A stretch of 64,000 nt of DNA. It comes from Scenedesmus sp. PABB004. Taxonomy: Eukaryota. Both the position numbers and the translations under genes were made by a program. Numbering within the stretch: the stretch's first letter is position 1; every line of letters begins with the position of its first letter. The notes under the pieces were generated by a model that searched no databases, had not been told where the DNA came from, and saw only the letters and a program-made list of their open reading frames with translations. Positions 1 through 13,200 of this stretch are shown piece by piece. The stretch is taken from assembly GCA_014905635.1 (NCBI GenBank), contig JABVCE010000011.1, positions 992,001-1,056,000 of the forward strand, given 5' to 3'.

Positions 1-60
1 CGCGGACGCCAGGGCGACGGCCGCCAGCAGCAGGCACGCCACGAGCAGCTTGGAAGCCAT
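1..60 (-). CDS. 5' end of a secreted protein (partial, runs off the window)
   Basis: GCCGCC-ATG at 60 on the minus strand reads MASKLLVACLLLAAVALASA, a typical signal peptide. Confidence 0.6.
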   Translation of the reverse strand, partial: MASKLLVACLLLAAVALASA

Positions 61-201
61 GGCGGCGGCGAAGCAGCAGCGGTGGCGGCGGTTGCGGCTG
101 GCGGGCTGCGACTCTGGGCGCGGGGAGTGAAGGCAGGGGACGCGACCGGCACTGACACCCGGCCGGGCCGGCGCTCGGCGGGCCAACGTGACGCGCGCGT
201 T

Positions 202-1749
202 TCAAAGCGCCGCGGCCCAGGTCTCAAACTCGCGCATCAGCCGCGGCGCGTCGTCGACGAGCGCCGTCGCCGCGGCACGGGCGGCGGCCGCCGCCGCCGC
301 GTAGCACGCGGGGTCGGCGAGCAGGCCGTCGATCGCGGCCGCCCACGCGGCGAGCGGCTGCGCGCCCGGCGGCGGCAGCACGCGCGCGCCCCAGTCCGGC
401 GCCGCCGCGCCGCCGCCGCCGCCGCCGCCGCCGTGCGCGAGCGCGGCCGCGGGCAGCACGAGCGGCGCGATGGGCAGCACGCCCGCCGCGCAGCCCGCGG
501 CCGCCTCGGCGAGCCCGCCCTGGTCGCTCACGAGCGTGGGCACGCCGCGCAGCGCCGCCTCAAAGACGACCATGCCAAACGCCTCGGCCCACAGGCTCGG
601 CGCGAGCAACAGCGCGACATGGCGCAGCAGCGCGCCGACGTCGGGCGCGGGCGGCACGAGGCGCAGGTTGGGCAGCGCCGCGGCGCCCGCCTCGGCCGCG
701 AGCCCCGCGTCGGCGCAGACGGCCAGGAAGTTGACGTGTGGCATCGCCGCCGCGAGCGCGATGACGAGGCGGCCGCCCTTCTCCGGCGTGAGCTTGAGGC
801 AGCCCACGACGGGCTTGGCCGCCGGCGGCGCGCGCGCGGCCGCGGCGCGCGCGTCGTCGCGCGCCGCCGCCGCCGTCGCCGCCGCCGCAGGCCGGGCGCG
901 GCGGCGGCCAGGGCAGCCGCGCGAGCTGCGCGGCGGCGCCGTCGGGGAAGGGCCCCCGCCCAAACGCGCCCCACGTCGCGTAGTGCGCGACGCGCACGCG
1001 GCGCGCCGCGAGGCCGAGCGGCGCGGCGTGCGCGGCGACGTAGCCCGCCACGAAGCGCGACACCGCGACCACGCCGCCGAGCGCGCCCCACGCCTCGAGC
1101 AGGCGCGGCGCGCGGCCCGCGCAGCCGACAGGGCCGAGCGGCAGGAAGTGCACGTTCTGCACGAGCACGAGCAGCCGCCCCGCGCCCAGCACCGCCGCGG
1201 CCGCCTCGAGCAGGCTCGGGCAGCCGGGCGCGAGCGGCGCCTGCGAGCCGTCCGCGTCGAGCATCACCCAGGCGCGGCCCTGCTGCGCCTGCTGCGCCTG
1301 CTGCGCCTGCTGCCGCTCGGCGGCGGTGGTGGCCCCGCAGCGCAGCAGCGCGGCCGCCTCGTCCAGCAGCCGCTGCGCGACCGGCGGCAGCCGCGGCGCC
1401 GGCTGCCCGGCGCCGCCGCCGGCGCGCGCATGGCGCCGAGCGCGTCCGCGAGCGCGCCCGCGGCGCTCGCCTCGGCGTCGGCCAGCGCGACGTGGTGCGC
1501 CAGCCCGCTCCGCCCGCCGCTGCGCCACACCGCGACGCCCTCGGCCGCCTCGCTGTACGCGAGCTGCGGCAGCGCGCCGAGCTGCATCGCCTCGTACAGC
1601 AGCTCCGCCTTGGGCGCCGCGTACACCAGGTGCACATCGTGGCCCGCCGCCGCGAGCGCCGCCGCGGCGCAGCGCCAGCCGTGGTCGCCGCCGGCGTAGT
1701 GCGCGCCGCCGGCGCCGCCCAGGCGCGTGCGCAGCAGCACGAAGCGCAT
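202..1749 (-). CDS. Glycosyltransferase family 4 (GT-B fold), with two apparent frameshifts
   Basis: N-terminus MRFVLL..GG..AAALAAAGHDVHLV (ORF 1264-1749); middle LVLVQNVHF..VVAVSRFVAGYV (ORF 560-1975 frame); C-terminal GT4 signature LLAPSLWAEAFGMVVFEAALRGVPTLVSDQGGLAE (ORF 202-963). Frame switches near 1425 and 860 with no evident splice sites. Confidence 0.8.
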
Positions 1750-2138
1750 CGCGCGGGGGCACGAGCGCCCGCTGCCTGGGGCGGCGCGCCGGGCGTCGGC
1801 AGCACGCTGACGTCGGGGGCAGCAGCCTGGCGGACGGCCGGGCGGCGGGCAGCGGCGGCGCGGCGGCGGGCAGTGGCGCGGCGCGGCGGGCGCTGCGGTT
1901 TGAGGGGCAGCAGCGGCCGCGCGCGGGCGCGCCGAGCAGGTGAACCCCGCTGCGGGTTGAAGGTCGCCACTTCACGCGGGTGCTGGCCGGAGAGCAGGTT
2001 CAGCGAGCGGCGGCGTGCGCGGCGGCCTCGCGCGGCGCGCCGTTGTGAGCGGTGGGCGGGAGGCCCTCCTGCGCGCCCGCCGGGCCGCTCCGCTCGCAGC
2101 GCGCGCTCACGCGTGGCGGGGGCGCTCCTCTGCGCGCC

Positions 2139-5100
2139 ATGGAGCCGGGATCCGTGAGCGAGCGCATTCGCGGACTGCTCCGCGCTGTCGAACAGCAGCA
2201 GGTGCGCCGCTGGGAGCTGGGTCTGCCCCGCCGCGCCCGCCAGCTGCCCCATCACTCGGCCCGTGACCGCTTAAAGACCCCGCCTCCCGCCCTGCAGGCT
2301 CCCGCGCAGCCCGGCGGCCTGGAGGCGCTGCTGCGCGAGGCAACCGCCGTTGGCGACGGCGGCGAGGCGCCAGAGGTGGCGGCGTACCTGCGCGACGTGA
2401 GCGGCGGCGAGGGACAGGGCAGGGGCCAGGGGGCGCGGCGTGTGCCACGCGGCGCGGCGGCTTGCGGCGGCGCGCCGCTCGGTCGCTGATCGCGCCCGCG
2501 CCCGCAGGTCGTCGCGCGGCTCTACCCGCACGCGGCGCTCCCCCCGCTGCCGGCGCTGGCGGATGCGACCAACACGCAGCCCGCGGCGGCGCCGCCGAAG
2601 GCGGCGGGTGGCAAGCCCGCGCCGCCGCCGCAGCCGGCGCTGACCGGCTGCGGCGACGGCGGCGCGGCGCTGACGGCGACCACGGAGCAGCTCGCAGCCA
2701 TGGTGACCGCGGCCACCACCGCGGCGACCAAGGCCGTTGCACGCACCATCCTGCTCCACACGCGCGGCGCCAGGGGCGCGCGGCGGCAGCCAGGCGAGGA
2801 GCGCCAGGAGCTGGTGGAGGCGCGGCCGCCGCTCGCCGGCGCCGCCGGCCGCCTGCAGCGCGGCGGCGCGCCGCCCGGGGGCCTGCAGCCGGCGCAGCAG
2901 CTGCTCAAGTTTGCGGGCGGGCAGCCAGCGCAGGCGGGCTCGCCGCAGGTGGAGCAGGCCGCGGCGCAGGCGCCAGCCGGGTCGGCGCCGAGCGGAGCCG
3001 CGGCGCCCGGCGCCGCTGCCTGCGCTGGCAGTGGCGCTGGCGCCGCCAGCCAAGTGGTGACCTTCCCGCGGGTCTGGGTGCGCGGCGATGCAGAGCCGGC
3101 GCAGCAGTCGCCGGCGCAGGAGCGTGGTGCCATGCCGCCGACGGCTGGCGCGGCCGCGACGGCAGCACCCGCGGTCGCCGCGCGCGGCGAGGCCGCCGCC
3201 ACTGGCGCCAGCCAGGCACAGACAGCGCCTGAGCCGCGGCAGGAGGCGACGGCAGCGGCCCCTGCCACCGTCGCCAAGCCGCGCAGCCCAGGGCAGCAGC
3301 ACCCCCAGGACCAGCCACAGCGGCCGGCCGCGCAGCAGTTGGATGATGCTGTCCAGCAGGCGGCGCAGCAGCAGGCGGCGCCGCAGCAGGCGGCGCCTCA
3401 GCAGGCGGCGCAGCAGGCGCGCGTGGAGCAGCAGCCTCCGCCGCTCGCATGCGCGCCGGCCGCGCCCAGCCCCGTGAAGCTGCCGCTGGAGCTCGACGCG
3501 TCGGTGCGGCGCACGCTGCGAGCGCTGGCAGAGCCGCCGCCCGAGCCCAGCGCGGCGCAGCAGCCCGACGGCGCCACGCGCGCCGCGCAGCGGGCGCTGG
3601 GCGGCGCCTTTGATTACCAGCAGGCGGCCCAGCAGCTGGGCGAGGCGGGCCAGGCAGCGCACAGCCTGCTGTCGCGCGCCTCTGGGACGCGCGGCCCGGC
3701 CGCGCCCGGCGGCGGCGGGCGCAGCCTGGCGGCGCTCGCCGCGGCGGCGGCCGGCGCCGACGCCGACGCGTGGCCCGTGCTGCTGGGTGACGTGATGTCG
3801 CCGCTCGCGCGCTTTTACTGCGAGGAGGACGCCTGGCAGGACGTGGCGCGCTTTGGCAAGGTGCGCGGCGCGCTGGCGCGGGCGCGCGGGGCGCACGCCG
3901 CCGGCTCTCCAGCTCGCGCGCCGGCCCCGCCGCGCCGCAGGCGGTGGAGCGGGACGTCCTGTGGCGGCTGGCCGCCGCGGCCGACGCGCCGCGCGGGCCA
4001 GACAGAGCCGGCAGGGGCGTCAGCTTCGCGCCCACCAAGGCGCCCGCGGCAGGCCTGGCGCCACGCGGCACGCCGTCCAAGCGGGCGCCGCCGCCAACGC
4101 CCAGCGAGGCCAAAGACGCCGACGCGGCGCTCAGCAGCGCGCGCCCCGCGTCGGGTGACCTGCGCAGCACGGCGGCCGCAACGGGCGGCGGGACAGGGCC
4201 GCAGCGCCTCGTGGCGTTTGGGCGGCGCGTGGACAAGCCGCCCGCGCCGCCCAGCGCCGCCGTCAGCAGGGTGCTGCCGGCCAGCAGGGGCCGCAGCGGC
4301 GCCAGCGCAGCGCTGGCCGCCGCAGCGTACCCGCGGCCTGCGGCGGCGCTGCCGCGCTTCGCGCTGCCCGGCGCAAGGCCCGGCATCGGGCGCCCGCGCC
4401 CCAGCGGCGCGCGGCGCGGCGCGGCCAGCAACTCGGCCGCCGCCGCGGCGGCGCTGCGGCGGCTGTCGCAGCGGCGCGCGGCGCAGGCCGCGGCCGTGGG
4501 CGCCGGAGGCGAGGACGGCGCCGTCAGCGATGTGCTCGATCTGCTGCTCGAGGCCCTGCTGGACGTGCAGGCGCCGCCGTCTCCAGAGACACACGCCGCG
4601 GGCGAGGCCGCCGGCGCGGCGCCTGACCGCGCGGTGCCGGGCTGGCCGGGCGCCGCGCTGGCGCCGCGGCGCCGGTTTGAGGCAGTGCGCGACCTCACGG
4701 CGTCCTGGCCAGGGGCGGCGCCGGCGCCCGCTGACGGCGGCGCGGGCAGCTGCGCTGCGGGGGGCGCCGCAGGGGCCGGCGGTGGCGACTGCGACGACAG
4801 CGCGCCCGCCGACCTGGAGGGGCCAGTGATGGAGCTGCTGCTGGACGAGCTGCTGGCCCAGCTGCAGCAGCGCACGGACAGCGGTGACGGCACTGCGTCC
4901 GACGCGGCCGACGCCGGCAGGCTGGACGGTGAGCTCGCGGGGCGCGTCGCCGATGCACTGCAGGCAGCGCTCGGGCAACTCACGCAGGCAGAGGAAGGTG
5001 CAGACCTGCTCCCGGCTGGCGCCGTCGTGCCGGCGGCAGAGCAGCGCGGCGCCGCCGCAGAGGACGAGGAGGCAGCCCTGCTGCATGCGCTGACAGACGC

Positions 5101-6853
5101 CCTGCTTAGCACGGGGCTGGTGCGCCTGGCTGCCGGAGCCGGCCCGCGCGGCAAGCGCGCCGGCGCGGCGCGGACCTCGGCCCGGCGCAGCAGCTTGGGC
5201 CACCTGCTTGGGCTGCAGCGGGGCGGCAGCTGCAAGCGCGGCTCGGCAACTGCGGCTGGCAGCGACCAGCAGCAGCCGGCGGCGGAGGGCAGCACACCGG
5301 AGGTGTGGCAGCAAGGGGAGGGGGCGGGCCAGCCGCCCACAGCCGAGGCGGCCACACGACCGCTGGCGGGCGCAGTCGGCGGTGCTGCTGGCACGACCGA
5401 GGCGGCGGGCGAGCCCGCGCTGGGCATCCCGGTGTGGGGCCAGTGGCAGCCGAGTTGGCAGCCGCAGCAGGAGGGGGAGGCGGCAGCCGCAGGGACGGCG
5501 GCCCCCCAGCGCAGGCTGTCGCTGCCTGGCGCTGAGTGTTTCAGGGACTCGGTGGAGCCGCCTCGTGCCACCAGCAGCTGCAGCGCGAGCAGCGCCGGCA
5601 GCAGCCGGCCGCGGCCGCTCGGCGCCAGCGCGGCCAGCAGCAGCGGCAGCGGCAGCCCGAGCGGCGGCGCGCCTGCTGCCAGCGCGCTGCAGGGCCTGCC
5701 AGAGCGGGGGCAGCAGCCGCCCGTCACCGCACCTGCAGGGGCAGAGCCTGAGCTTACGTACGCGGCTGACTTTGAGCGCGAGGAGGAAGAGGCCGCCGCG
5801 CCTTGCATCGACGCGGGTGAGGCCAGCGCCGGCGGCACCCCGCCGCGCGGCGCGCTGGCAGAGGCGCTGCAGGCGACGTCGGCGGCCGAGGCATCGGAGG
5901 AGGAGGCGGGCGAGCTCGCAGCGGTCTCCACGCTGGTGCCAGCCGCGGACGGCGAGCAGCCGGCGCAGCGGGCAGTGCAGCTGCTGGCCGAGCTGCCGGG
6001 GCGCGAGATGCCGGAGCTGCTGCCGCTCAGTAGCAGCTCCTGCAGCAGCAGTGGCAGCAGCGCGCCGCCCTCGGAGCGGCAGTCGGCGGTCGCCGCCTCG
6101 CCAGTCGTCAAGCTCTGGCGGCCGCCGGCCGCGGCCGTCGCGGCGGCCACCGCCAGCTGCACGCCCACGCTGGCCGCCTCGAAGGCGGCCGCCGGGGCCG
6201 GCGCGCCGGACCAGGCGGGCCCGCAGCTGCTGCGGCGCCTGCCGCCGCCGGGGATGTCTGGCATGCCCGCCACCGGCTGCACCGTCGGCCTGGGCGAGGT
6301 GCTGCTTCCCAGCTCGGAAGTCAGCGCGTCGGTGGGTCTGGACACCTCCACCGCCACGCTCACCACGCTGACCAGCAGTGTGGGCGGCAGCGGCAGCGGC
6401 AGCACCGACGCCAGCAGCAGCCACGCCCCCGCTGGTGGCGAGAGCAGCAGCAGCGACGGCAGCGGCTGCAGTGCGCGCGAGCTGCAGGCGGCAGCCGCCG
6501 CAGTGCATGCCGCGCGCGGCTTGGACGCCGGCGCCGCGGCGAGGGCGCAGGCGGCCATGGCCGGCAGCGGCGCGCCCCCGTCGCCGCCCGGCAACCTGCG
6601 GCACAAGATGGCTCGCAGCGGCAGTCTGGGCACCACCTTGACCAGCAGCCCCGCCAGCAGCGTCTGTGACAGCAGCGCCGCGAGCAGCGGCGCAGGCAGC
6701 CGGGGCAGCCGGGGCAGCGGCGCGTCGGTGCAGGGGCTCGGGGGCGGCGCGGGCCTGCCGGCGCGGACGGCGCGCCAGCAGCGGCGCAGCCCCGGCCTCA
6801 GCAGCCAGAGCAGCGCGCTGGGGAGCGTGTGCAGCAGCTTTGCGAGCCGGTGA
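2139..6853 (+). CDS. Large Ala/Pro/Ser/Gln-rich hypothetical protein (~1475 aa, 4 exons)
   Basis: Exons 2139-2201, 2298-2396, 2508-3860 and 3941-6853 join in frame through GT-AG introns; TGTAA lies 55 nt after the stop. No domain recognised with confidence. Confidence 0.6.
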
Positions 6854-6908
6854 GGCACGACAGCAGGTGCAGCGGCACCGGTGCGGCGGAGCGCTCGCCG
6901 CCGGCGCC

Positions 6909-6913
6909 TGTAA
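6909..6913 (+). terminator. TGTAA green-algal polyadenylation signal
   Basis: Exact TGTAA shortly after the stop at 6853. Confidence 0.55.
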
Positions 6914-7222
6914 ACCGGTATTCAGCCCGCGCGTCGTGCTCGCACTCGGCACCACCGTCCCTGAAGCGCGCACGGACGCCGCGAGCTGGGCTGCGCACGC
7001 GCGCAGGGTCACTTTCGTCCGCACATCGCGCGCGCCGGCGACGCGGTCATTGCCGGTCGCCACCCTCACAACCTCCGACATCGCCGGTTTTGCCACTCTA
7101 GCGCTGCTTTGCAGCCGCGCGGCCTCTGCGCGCGTTAGCAGAAGCTTGTAGGCTCGGCGCCCGCTCGCACGCTTTCCCGGCGCGCTCTCGTGCACCGGGT
7201 GCTGCTGCTGGAGCCCGCGGCG

Positions 7223-10200
7223 GCACGTGCGCAGCGGCAGCCCGCAGCGCCAGCGCGCGCAGCAGCAGCACCCGCCCACGCCCACCGCAGCGCCCGCGGC
7301 GCCAGAGCCAGCTCGTGTGCGCTTCCCGTTGCCATCTCGATGCCGTCGCGACGCGCCGGGGGCGTGTTGCTGCTGCTGGCGCTGCTCTGCGCCGCGGCGG
7401 CATCTCCGGGTGCCGCGGCGACGCCCGCCGGGCGATCCGGGCGCCAGCTGCTGCAGACCGGCGTGACCTGCGCGGCTCAGATCCCCGCCTGCACGGCGCG
7501 GCGCTGCACCACGCGCATCCTGGGCTCACGCGAGACGTACGTCTGCCTGCGCTGCCAGCGCACCTACGTGCCCGTGCGCGGCTCGGACGGCCGCTCCGTC
7601 GTGCAGTGCGGTAAGCAGGGGCTCCCGGCACCCTTCCCGTGCGGTGGCATTGCGAACGGGCGCAGCGGCCGCGGCGTCACCGGCCGGCCGCTGCTGCGGC
7701 GGGCGCTGGCGCCCTGCTCGCGCGGGCGGCCGCGCTCGCGCCCACCCGGCCGCCCCGCCCCCAGTGTGCCCTCCTGGAACCTTTCAGGTCAAGGTGGGCA
7801 GCACGCGCGAGTGCCAGTCCTGCCCGTTCGGCTCGTACTGCCCCGGCGGCGACACCTCCGGCAAGAGCGCCGCGGAGGATGCCATCGGCGGTCTTGCCAA
7901 CGCCTGCGGCACCGGCCTGACGACCAAGGCTGAGCGCACCGCCCGGGCCAGCGACTGCAGTGAGTGACGGGCGGCAGCAGGCAGCCAGCCTGGGTGGCAG
8001 CAGCGCTCTGCGCCCAGCCACGCCTCCAGGCGCTGCCAACCCCAGCGGCCACGCCCGCCTGACACGCCTGCCTCCCCCACCGCGCCCCGCGCTCGCAGTT
8101 GCCCGTGCCGGCTACGTGCTGCCCGCCCAGCCCGGCAGCCCTGGCGTGCGCTGCACGGGCGACAGCTACGCGCCCGAGGCCAACAAGCTCAGGACCTGCC
8201 TGCCCTGCCAGTCGGGGCTCAGCGCGCCGCCCAGCTACATTGGCGCGCGCGCAACAAAGGAGCTCGTGTGCCGTGAGTGTCACGCTCTGCGCAGCTGGCT
8301 GACTAGCTGCTCGCGTGCCACACGAGAGCTGGGGGGCAGCGCTGCCGCCCTCACGCGCGAGGCGCTCACGCCACACCGGCCGCCGCCCCCCGCGCAGAGG
8401 TGCCCCCCGGGCGGTTCTGGGAGCTCAACGTCGTCCGTGACTGCCCTCAGGGCCTGTACCGCGAGGAGTACGTGCTCACCACTGACGCGGCGGCAATCAA
8501 GTGCCTCTCCTGCCCGCCCGGCTGGACCACGACCGCCAAGGGCGCCACCGCGCGGGCCGCCTGCAGCAGTGGGTGGCAGCGGCGCGCGCGTGGCAGGCGG
8601 CTGCCGCGCGCCAGCTGCTCTTGCTCGGCGCCGGCTGCGTTCGGAGCTTCTACTGACAATGCCTGCCGCTGCCGCCCCAACGCGCACCGCCGCAGAGCTG
8701 CTGCCGGGCTTCCAGCTCAAGGGCGCCCCGCTGGACGACCCCTCGGTGACGCTGCCGCAGGGCGCGGACATTGTTGCCGCCGACACTTGCCCGTATGGCT
8801 ACTACAACGACGGCACTGTCTACTCGTGCAAGCGCTGCCCGTTGGATACCACCACGGAGACCGTGGGCGCGCGCAGCGTTAACGACTGCCGTGCGTGCCG
8901 CGGGCTGGCGCGGCCTGGCGCTGGGCCGCTCGCGCGCGGCGCGCACAGCAGGCGAGCAGCACCAGCCGCCGCGCCGGCGCCTGACCTCTCGCTTGCCCTG
9001 CTGCGCAGAGGTGCCGCCCGGCTACTACGTTCAGATGAGCGGCAGCACCGGCACGCTCGCCAAGTGCCCCACCAACGTCAACGGCACCGGCTACTATCGG
9101 TCCGGCTGGGTCTCGCCCACCGAGGCCAAGTCCACCGGCGACGGCACGGACGTGTGCAAGCCCTGCGGCAAGGGCGTGCTGTCCGAGTACAGGTGGGCGG
9201 CGCTGGGCCGGGCTGGCTGCTGCGCCGAGCTGGGCGGGCTGCGTTGCGCGGCGCCGGGCCGCGCTAGCCGGGCGCGGCCGGGCCGCGCTCACCTCACACG
9301 ACTGCCCGCCCGCGTCACAAAAACACCAGGGACTTTGACGAGATTGGCGACCAGCGCGTGGTCATGGCCAACGACCCCTTCCCTGGCCGCGTGGCATCAT
9401 CCAGCGCCTCCTGCTGTGAGCGCGCGGCCGCAGCGCGCACGCTGGCCAGCGCAGTGCGCGCCGGCGGCTCGCCGAATGCTGGCGCTCACGCAGCTTCCGT
9501 CCGCCCCGGCCGCCGCAGTCATTGAGCAAGGCTGGGGCCTAAACTTTGACCCTGAGGATTTTTCAGCCTTCAAGGCGGTGCAGTGCGCGGCCAACTCCTA
9601 CGGTGTCGCCCAGCGCGTGTACGGCCTGTATGCCTCGCCCTGCAAGGCCTGCACCAAGAACACGCGCTCCCCGCTCGGCGCGGCTAATTACAATGAATGC
9701 ACAAACCCCGTTGGCTTTGGCTACACCAGCGAGGGTGCCAACCAGTGAGTGCCGCTGTGCTACTGGGCCGCCCCTGCTGGGCTGGCAGCCACGCCGTCGC
9801 CGCCTGGGTCGTGGGCCCAGAACAGCGCCGCGCCGCGCCTGACCGTGCGCCCCCGCCCCTGCCAGGTGCCCCGACGGCTTCTACAACGCCGCCGAGAGCA
9901 TGGATCCCTGCACGCCCTGCCCGCCCGGCCGCACCACCGACTACATCCCCGGTGATGGCACTCCCCAGGCCAGCATTCACGACTGCAAGGCCCCGGCTGG
10001 GAACGGGGTGTTTGACGCCAACGCCGACAACCCTTGGGCGCCGCCGCAGCCCAGCGCCAGCATGGGCGTCAAGCCCTGCCCCGTGGGGTACAGGGCCGTG
10101 CCAGACACTCCCTCTGGCGTGGCCACCAACAACCCGCTCTGCCTGCGCTGCCCGGCCGGCACCTCGACGTCCGGCCCTGGTGCCGTCGTGTGCGACGTGT

Positions 10201-13200
10201 GCGCGGCCGGCTTCGGCATCCCTGCCAGCAAGCCCACATCCACCAACCCCGCCGACTGCATGCTGTGCACCTACGGCACCTTCCACGCCGGCGGCGGCCT
10301 GCGCTGCAGCGCGTGCCCGACCACGGCGTTCAACCACCCCTCCGGCGACACATACACGAGCGCGGGCATCACCTTTGCCACGGGCATGGTGGGGCCGGAG
10401 ACGTGTGTGCCGCGCTACGCGCAGCTCCCCGCGCCTGCGGGCCACCGCCTCGCGCTGGACGGCAGCCTGTTCAACGTCACCACGGGCCGTGCCTTTGTGG
10501 ACTGCATCGAGTCCTGCCCCGCCGCCCAGTGCTGCATCGCCCAGTTTGAGACGGCAGGCGGCACCTGCAAGCACGCGACGCTGCCGCCGGTCGGGCCTGG
10601 CTACGTCGGCGCGCGGCTCTACTACAAGCTGCCGCCCAGCGAGCTCGTCTCCTCGGCCAGCACCACCGGCACCAAGCTTTGGGCCAAGACGCAGCCGGCG
10701 GGCGTGTACACGCGCTGCGTGATGGACGCGCAGTGGGTGGCCAAGACCGAGGCGGGCCTGGTGGGCACGAGCACCAACCCAGCGCTGGTGGAGGAGACCA
10801 ACATGGCCAAGGGCGTTGAGTGGGGCGAGTGCGACAGCGAGCTGGCATGCCGCCTCAAGTGCGAGACCAACGCCGCGTGCTGGGGCTTTGTGTTTGTGCC
10901 CGGCAAGGGCTGGGCCACACGCGGCGGAGAGGACCAGATCGGCACTCGCTCGTTCGTCGTCAGCCCCGACCTGGGCCAGGTCGCCCAGGGCGCGGCGCTG
11001 CCAGACCTTGGTGAGTGCGCGCGGGCGCGCGCTGCGGCCGGCCCTGCAGCGTCGGCCGATCGCCGGGCGCGCTGCGTGAGCCCTGCTAACGCGGCGACCC
11101 CACCCGCCAACTCGCAGTGTGCCCGCCTGGCTTTGGCTACATGTTCCAGTGCACCAACCCCTGCATCGACGGCACCTACAACGACGGCAACAACATGCAG
11201 TGCCTGCAGTGCCCCGCCGGCATGCGGTCCACCGCTGACCGCACTGGCTGCGAGCCCATCCCTCGCACGAGTGAGTGCAGCTCACCGCGGGAGACCTCCT
11301 TGGCCCGCTGAGCCGCACCGCTGCCGTGTGTGCCTGCTCCTGCTCACGCTCCACCTGCTGCTCTCTCTCCCCCGCAGCGTGCCCTGCTGGCACGGGCGAC
11401 CTGGCGACCAACTGCGACCACAACTGCGCGGCCGGCACCTACAACGACGGCACATTTGGGGATTGCCGCGCCTGCCCTGCTGGCCAGGAGTCTGCCGCGG
11501 GCGCAACGCTGTGCACACCCATCGTGCCCACCAGTGAGCGCGCTTGCCTGCCGCTTGCCGTTGCTGGTTGCTGGCCCCAAGCGCTGCTGCTTGCTCTCCA
11601 GGCTGCTGACCGCAACCCCTGCCTGCCTCGTGCGCAGCCTGCCGCCCCGGGCGCGGCAACGCGCCCAAGTGCGATGTTTGCTGCAAGTCACAGGGTAAGG
11701 TCAACGATGGCAGCTTTGCAAGCTGCCAGGCGTGCCCGCCGGGCAAGAAGGCCAACAACAACGCCACAGCGTGCATTGACATCATCACCAGCTGCCCGGC
11801 CGGCCGGGAGCTCGACGATGACAGCCAGGAGTGCAGCGGGAAGTGCAAGAAGGGCAACTACAACAACGGCCAGGTCACCCACTGCCTGGCCTGCCCTGCT
11901 GGCATGGTGTCCGACGACGACTCCGACACCTCTCGTGGAGCCACCCGCTGCATCTACACTGTCTGCCCCCCGGGCATGGGCAACACACCGCTCTGCGAGA
12001 ACGCCTGCACCGGCGGCCTCTACAACCCCGGCACCTTCACCAGCTGCCAGGCGTGCCCGTCCGGGCGCACCTCCAAGGACGGCCGCACCTGCGTCTTCAT
12101 GCGCTGCCCGCCGGGCCAGGCCGGCGACGCCTGCGACATCTGCTGCGGCGCTGGTCGCTTCCAGGACGGCACCGCCACCGTGTGCTCCAGCTGCCCGGCT
12201 GGCCAGGTCTCCAGCGAGGACCGCTCCGGCTGTGTCCAGGGCGTGCCGGCCGGGAGCTGCACGCCCCGGCCCGCCACCAGCCAGGTCACGTTCACCTGCC
12301 CGCCGGGCTGGACGAAGCTGCAGGGCGGCGCCACGCGCACCGCGCCGCCGCGCTGCATCACCACCGCCGCGGCCGGCAGCAGCTGCGCCACCGCGTGGAG
12401 CGCAGCATGGGGCGCTAACCCCGGCCTGGAGGCGCGCGGCGATGCCAGCGGCAAGCTTGTGTGCGCGTGCAGCAATGCCGGCACCCAGGGGCGCGTGCTG
12501 AAGATCAACGCTGCTGGTGTTTGGACGTGCGCGGCGGATGCCGTGTTCCTGCCGACCAACGGCGTTGGCACCGACTCGCCAAACATCCAGGACACCACCG
12601 CCGGCATCTGGTACGACCTGCTGCCTAGTCGCACGTGCGAGGGCGCGCAGGCGTGCTGGGACATGTGTTTCTTCTGCGACGGCCGGCCCAAGTATCACCA
12701 GGACTTCCCGGCCGCGGCCCAGAAAGCGGCGCGGGACACGGCCATGCAGGACCAGGGCGACTGCGCGAGCACCACCTCCTGCAAGCTCAGCCCGCAGTAC
12801 ACAGATTCGCTGCGCATCTTTTACGACGCCTGCCGCCGCTGGAGCCAGGAGGTGGGCGCCGCTGCTGGCTGCTGCGCTCGCACCTCGCTGCGCCTCGCTG
12901 CCCCCGCGACCGCTCGCCACCAGCAGCGCGCTGAGTGGCCCGCCCACCGCTGCCCCCCGCGCACAGATCAACTACTTTGGCAACCAGCAAGCCAGCCTGC
13001 GCGCGCTGTACAACAACGCGGCGGAGACCAACTCCTTTGAGCAGGACAAGGAGAACGGCGAGCGCCTGTGGCCGTACCGCCCGCGGGACGTGAGCACCAC
13101 GCAGAACCTCATCATGTTTGGCCTGCGGAGCCAGGCCGCCGCCAAGTGTTCTGACTGCTTCACCGTGTCCAAGGCGCAGCAGATTGACAAGGTGGTCGTG

